Sequence record: SRR31156797_4650
DNA length: 20,000 nt
Reading direction: 5' to 3' (one strand)
Below, one piece after another: positions 16,145 through 20,000 of this stretch. Position 1 is the first letter of the stretch. Each line of letters begins with the position of its first letter. Both the position numbers and the translations under genes were made by a program. The notes beneath the pieces are model-generated. The model saw nothing but the letters and a program-made list of their open reading frames with translations. It was not told the origin of the DNA and did no database searches.

Positions 16145-16394
16145 TAATTCTCCATGCTTCAATAGTGCACGCTCATCAGGTATGAAGGTCGTTTAACTTT
16201 CATCTGAATTGTCGAGCAGCACATTCGACTCATTCTGCTAGACAGTTGAGGCCTTCGCCGTCCGTTCGAGTCGGGGTGTTATGTTGGGTTTGGTATACAC
16301 ATAAGGTGTCGAAGAAATATGAAAACTAACCAATAAGGAACGTTTTCAATTTATTGATCTTATATGTTAGACCACATTCAATCAAGGGGGTGTA

Positions 16395-16427
16395 TCGGGT
16401 ATGTTTCAGGCATTCGGGTATACCCGA
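16395..16427. promoter_or_regulatory. Palindrome plus extra half-site upstream of proV (candidate LuxR/NarL-type site)
   Basis: Perfect 14-bp palindrome TCGGGTATACCCGA (16414-16427) and a repeated TCGGGTAT (16395-16402). Confidence 0.5.
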
Positions 16428-16683
16428 CGGAGATGCGTGTTACATGCTTTGATGACTTCTAGGGGAAGAATATTTTGGCACGATAGAATACGTTTAATAG
16501 CCAACATTTTCCCTTAAATAAACATCCCTAAAAAGAAACATAAGAGAAAGCTTGGTTATAGGAAAGAATGCTATTGATCTACTTTAAATTTCAACAAAAG
16601 CTAATCAGCGAGAAAACACAATGCACATTTCTACATAAGTATGAAAAACCCACCAAAGGCTGAAGCAGCTAACTAATGCCTAC

Positions 16684-17898
16684 CTAGGAGAGCGAGGGCT
16701 TCTGACGAAGATAGGTGAACAAGGACACTTTTGACCCTCGTAGCCCAAGTTTTTTCCGTATATTTTTCCGATGGGTTTGAACGGTTTCAAATGACATTGT
16801 GAGAAGTTGAGCGATATCCTTTCCATTTCTACCAAGCTGAACAAGTTGACAAATTTCCATTTCACGGGGAGAGAGTCGTAACAGTTCCGTATCAAATTCA
16901 CCGGATGAATCGTTTGCAATATCGACAAGTTGGTCTTCAATTACGGCCTTGTAACCTTCTCGCACTTCGGCAGTATCTGATGAGGTAAGCCGCTCCAAAG
17001 CTGGAAGCATTTGTTTCTTTACTTGGCTGGTTAATTGTTCACGCATCTCCTGACGGTCTTGTTCCACTGATTTGATAACTTGTTTAAGGGCGATATCTTT
17101 CTCTTTCACTTCAGCTTGTTTTTCCTGCAAATGTTCCTTGAGCTCCACGTGTGCAGTCAGGTCATGAAGAATCAGTTGAAAGAGAGAATAATCGGAAAAA
17201 ACAATTTTTCGCAGTGTAGCCGCAACAGGAAAACCCTCTCCATCCCCGTCGATCGCTACTATATTCCCTGTCCATGTCCCCTGCGCATCAAGTGTATGCA
17301 TAGAATTGCGAAGAGTCGCGAAAAAACGTCTGCCAAGTAATCTTTTGAAATTTTCACCAGCTAAAATTTGTCCCGAATTAATATGTTGGTTTTGTGCAGC
17401 TTTGTTTGCTGCAACGATAAGTCCGTCTTCATCAAGAAGAAACGTTGCATCAAGTGCTGTGTCAAAAAAAGCATTAAATAATGTAATGGAATCCGACCAA
17501 GCGATTATTTTTTCTTCAAGTCGTTCTTCATAATTTTCACAGAGAGCTTCAACGGGACGGTTATCTGTGGCCGCGATGACAAAACCGTTTTGCGAAGAAT
17601 CAACTGAAGGCAATGGAATAATTCTGAGCAGAAAGCTATTATGGTTGTCACAAAAGACTTCCCGAACGTGAAGAGGCGGATATTTATTTAACGTACTTTC
17701 CAGAGAATTCGTACCTAAAGGCAATACGTCCCAGAAAAAAAGTCCGCATGTCTCTACATTGGGTAAATATGAGAAACTGGCACCATTCGACTCAACCACT
17801 ATTCCTCGACTATCTGTATAAAGAAATATGTCATTCAAGACCGCGACAACGTCGCTTGGTTCAGTCAGTGTTATTGTTTGTATCTTAGAATCATCCAT
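16684..17898 (-). CDS. PAS-domain LuxR-type (C-terminal HTH) one-component regulator
   Basis: Two PAS-like segments (DIFLYTDSRGIVVESN; DATFLLDEDGLIVAANKAA), a coiled coil, and the LuxR HTH LSPREMEICQLVQLGRNGKDIAQLLTMSFETVQTHRKNIRKKLGL. Confidence 0.92.
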   Translation of the reverse strand: MDDSKIQTITLTEPSDVVAVLNDIFLYTDSRGIVVESNGASFSYLPNVETCGLFFWDVLPLGTNSLESTLNKYPPLHVREVFCDNHNSFLLRIIPLPSVDSSQNGFVIAATDNRPVEALCENYEERLEEKIIAWSDSITLFNAFFDTALDATFLLDEDGLIVAANKAAQNQHINSGQILAGENFKRLLGRRFFATLRNSMHTLDAQGTWTGNIVAIDGDGEGFPVAATLRKIVFSDYSLFQLILHDLTAHVELKEHLQEKQAEVKEKDIALKQVIKSVEQDRQEMREQLTSQVKKQMLPALERLTSSDTAEVREGYKAVIEDQLVDIANDSSGEFDTELLRLSPREMEICQLVQLGRNGKDIAQLLTMSFETVQTHRKNIRKKLGLRGSKVSLFTYLRQKPSLS

Positions 17899-18025
17899 CA
17901 ATTTTGATTAGCACGCAGTTGAATCAATGAAAACCTTGCTAATAAGGGCCAAAAAAACGTTATCCTCTTAAACCCAAAACATCACTTTTCAATAAAACAT
18001 TAAATGGAATTATTACGTTGAAGAA

Positions 18026-18751
18026 TTAAAGACAAGATATTGAAATAGACGCCCCTGAAATCAAGACAAGTAATATGATGGCTTTTTCATACGCTCTTTG
18101 TGAAAAAAAACGAGAAATAAAAAGCCCTGCGGTACCACCTATTAAAGCTCCGGGGCAGCCGGCGGCATAGTACATCAATGTTTGGTAGTTTTGAGTTCCA
18201 GCCATGATCTGGCCGGTTAGTATAGTCATTCCAGTCATGATAAAACATGCTGCAAGACCACCTTTCGCTTCTTTCTGTGACCATCCTGATTTGAAAACGT
18301 ATAGGGCAAGCGGCGGGCCGTTAAAACCGAAAAGGGCACCGAGAGTGGTGGATCCAAATCCTGCAAGCACCCCCCAACCGGGGGCCAATTTGGCGTGTTT
18401 TATTTTTTGGTCCAACAAACAATAAATGGCATAGGCGATCATGAATACCCCCATGCCCAGCTTCAGCGTATTGTTATCCGCTATCTGCATGAGTTGAAGC
18501 CCCACAAAAGTACCGAGTACTCCGCCGAGAAATAGATAACGCAGCCGTTTCCATTGAATATAATGACGAAAATTCCATCCCATTTGCAAATTGAGAGTCA
18601 GGACGATCAGCGTTGATGCTGGAACCGCAATTTCAAGGGGAACCAAGGCAGCAATAAATGGCATCGCAACCATGGCGGCCCCGAAACCGGTTATGTTGTT
18701 GATCAAGCCTCCGAGAAACCAAGCGAAGAAAAAAATCAAGGTGTTATGCAT
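18026..18751 (-). CDS. Sulfite exporter TauE/SafE family membrane protein
   Basis: About 8 TM segments with the repeat motifs GGLINNITGFGAAMVAMP and GALFGFNGPPL typical of TauE/SafE (TSUP). Confidence 0.88.
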   Translation of the reverse strand: MHNTLIFFFAWFLGGLINNITGFGAAMVAMPFIAALVPLEIAVPASTLIVLTLNLQMGWNFRHYIQWKRLRYLFLGGVLGTFVGLQLMQIADNNTLKLGMGVFMIAYAIYCLLDQKIKHAKLAPGWGVLAGFGSTTLGALFGFNGPPLALYVFKSGWSQKEAKGGLAACFIMTGMTILTGQIMAGTQNYQTLMYYAAGCPGALIGGTAGLFISRFFSQRAYEKAIILLVLISGASISISCL

Positions 18752-18763
18752 GGAATCAGCCCA

Positions 18764-18779
18764 AGCAATTACCCTGCCA
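18764..18779 (-). promoter_or_regulatory. Sigma-54 (-24/-12) promoter of the tauE-like gene
   Basis: Minus strand TGGCAGGGTAATTGCT has exact GG-N10-GC spacing and one mismatch to TGGCACG-N4-TTGCW. Confidence 0.8.
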
Positions 18780-18838
18780 AATATAAAATAAAGGCTCTAC
18801 TTGCCCCTCTCAGGGCTTTGTGACAAAGTGCACGAGGC

Positions 18839-18856
18839 TGTTGCAGTAACGCAACA
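18839..18856. promoter_or_regulatory. Candidate upstream activator sequence for the adjacent sigma-54 activator
   Basis: Perfect 6-6-6 palindrome TGTTGC-AGTAAC-GCAACA (TGT-N12-ACA type), about 60-77 bp upstream of the -24 element. Confidence 0.65.
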
Positions 18857-18903
18857 AGTTGTCATTCAACACACAGGATTCGAATCTCCAAGAGTATGTT
18901 ATT

Positions 18904-20000
18904 ATGATTAACAAATATTGGTCACAAATCGTTGAAACAATGGAAGAAGCTGTTTCCATTAGCGATCCGGATGGGGTTATTCTCTATCTGAATAAACGTC
19001 ATGAATTAATTACCGGCATTCCTTCTTTTGAACTGCTTGGTAAATCTGTGCATGAATTGGTGCGCCGGGGACTGTTCGACGTTGTCCTGAATCCTGACAT
19101 TATGCGTAACAAGCAATCCGAAACACGGGTGCAAGAACTCGGTAATGGACGCAAAGTGGTACTTGATGGGCATCCGGTATTTGACGAGAATGACGAGGTC
19201 GCACTTGTTGTCACTTATCTCCGTGACATTACAAAACTGACTGAAATGCGTGAACAAATGTCTTCCCAGCAGGAGCTTTTGGAAGCGTATCAAAAACTTC
19301 AGAGTTTCGACAGCGCCCTTGAAAAAGTACCGCCGGTTGTTCAAAGCAAGCCCATGAAACGATTATATGGACAATTGGGCATTATTGCGGAAACAGATGC
19401 AACGGTTTTACTTCTGGGTGAAACCGGCGTGGGTAAGGATGTTTTTGCGCGCAAGTTGCATAGGCTCAGCGAAAGAGCCGACAAAGCCTTTGTTAAGGCT
19501 GACTGTGGCAGTATGCCGGAGAATCTCATTGAAACTGAGTTGTTTGGTTATGCTCCAGGTACGTTTTCCGGTGGAAATAAAAATGGAAAAATAGGCCTTG
19601 TTGAAACGGCTTCAGGTGGCACACTGTTTCTTGATGAAATAGGCGAATTGCCACTTCTCATGCAGACGAAATTGCTCAGACTTTTGCAGGACAGGGAAAT
19701 CGTCCGAGTTGGAGCCACCACGCCTCAAAGTGTAAATGTGCGTATTGTGGCCGCAACCAATAAATCACTGGAAAAAGAAGTTGAAGCTGGTCGTTTCCGA
19801 AGTGACTTGTATTATCGTCTAAAAGTCGCGGTCATCGATATCCCGCCCTTGAGAAAACGTAAGGCCGATATCCTGCCAATGGCACGTCTTTTCCTCAAAT
19901 CTTTTTGTCAAAAATATCAACGGGACGTGACGTTCAATCAAGAAACGGAAGACGCATTTCTCAACCACACATGGCCAGGTAATGTCCGGGAGTTGGAGAA
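18904..20000 (+). CDS. PAS-domain sigma-54 interaction (bEBP) transcriptional activator, 3' end outside the window; absent from the ORF track
   Basis: Open frame from ATG 18904: MINKYWSQIVETMEEAVSISDPDGVILYLN (PAS), Walker A GETGVGKD, ETELFGY, Walker B GTLFLDEIGELP, RIVAATN, FRSDLYYRL and WPGNVRELE. Confidence 0.95.
   Translation, partial: MINKYWSQIVETMEEAVSISDPDGVILYLNKRHELITGIPSFELLGKSVHELVRRGLFDVVLNPDIMRNKQSETRVQELGNGRKVVLDGHPVFDENDEVALVVTYLRDITKLTEMREQMSSQQELLEAYQKLQSFDSALEKVPPVVQSKPMKRLYGQLGIIAETDATVLLLGETGVGKDVFARKLHRLSERADKAFVKADCGSMPENLIETELFGYAPGTFSGGNKNGKIGLVETASGGTLFLDEIGELPLLMQTKLLRLLQDREIVRVGATTPQSVNVRIVAATNKSLEKEVEAGRFRSDLYYRLKVAVIDIPPLRKRKADILPMARLFLKSFCQKYQRDVTFNQETEDAFLNHTWPGNVRELE

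Noticed and set aside
16160-16185. CTGATGAG on the minus strand resembling a hammerhead ribozyme core
   Set aside because: No downstream GAAA core or compatible stems.
16476-16491. TGGCACG, a sigma-54 -24-like element on the plus strand
   Set aside because: No TTGC at -12 and no plus-strand gene downstream.
17937-17952. Possible sigma-54 promoter before the PAS-LuxR gene (TTGGCCCTTATTAGCA)
   Set aside because: GG-to-GC spacing is 9 nt, not the required 10.
18999-19594. Several short ORFs in the track
   Set aside because: All overlap the long sigma-54 activator frame, which the track missed because it has no stop codon in the window.

Overview
Bacterial chromosomal window. Gene style suggests a Desulfovibrionaceae-like deltaproteobacterium (inference). 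From left to right: (1) the 3' end of a class I SAM methyltransferase; (2) a minus-strand siderophore-uptake module of a PchR/YbtA-like AraC regulator, a TonB-dependent receptor and an RhtX/FptX-like MFS permease; (3) a co-directional operon of an MMPL/RND transporter, a LolA-like periplasmic protein and an outer-membrane beta-barrel, divergent from a TetR gene; (4) an AT-rich MarR + MFS efflux cassette; (5) a proVWX-type ABC transporter; (6) a PAS-LuxR regulator, a TauE/SafE exporter and a divergent PAS + sigma-54 activator that runs off the window. The regulatory DNA is unusually legible. Near-identical Fur-like boxes precede both araC and the MMPL operon, suggesting an iron-regulated trans-envelope MMPL system coupled to siderophore uptake. 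Twin 17-bp palindromes precede marR and the MFS gene. A sigma-54 promoter with an upstream activator palindrome precedes tauE. ProX has Asn in place of one betaine-binding Trp, and the activator has GTFSGG in place of GAFTGA. No mobile elements, CRISPR arrays or RNA genes were recognised.
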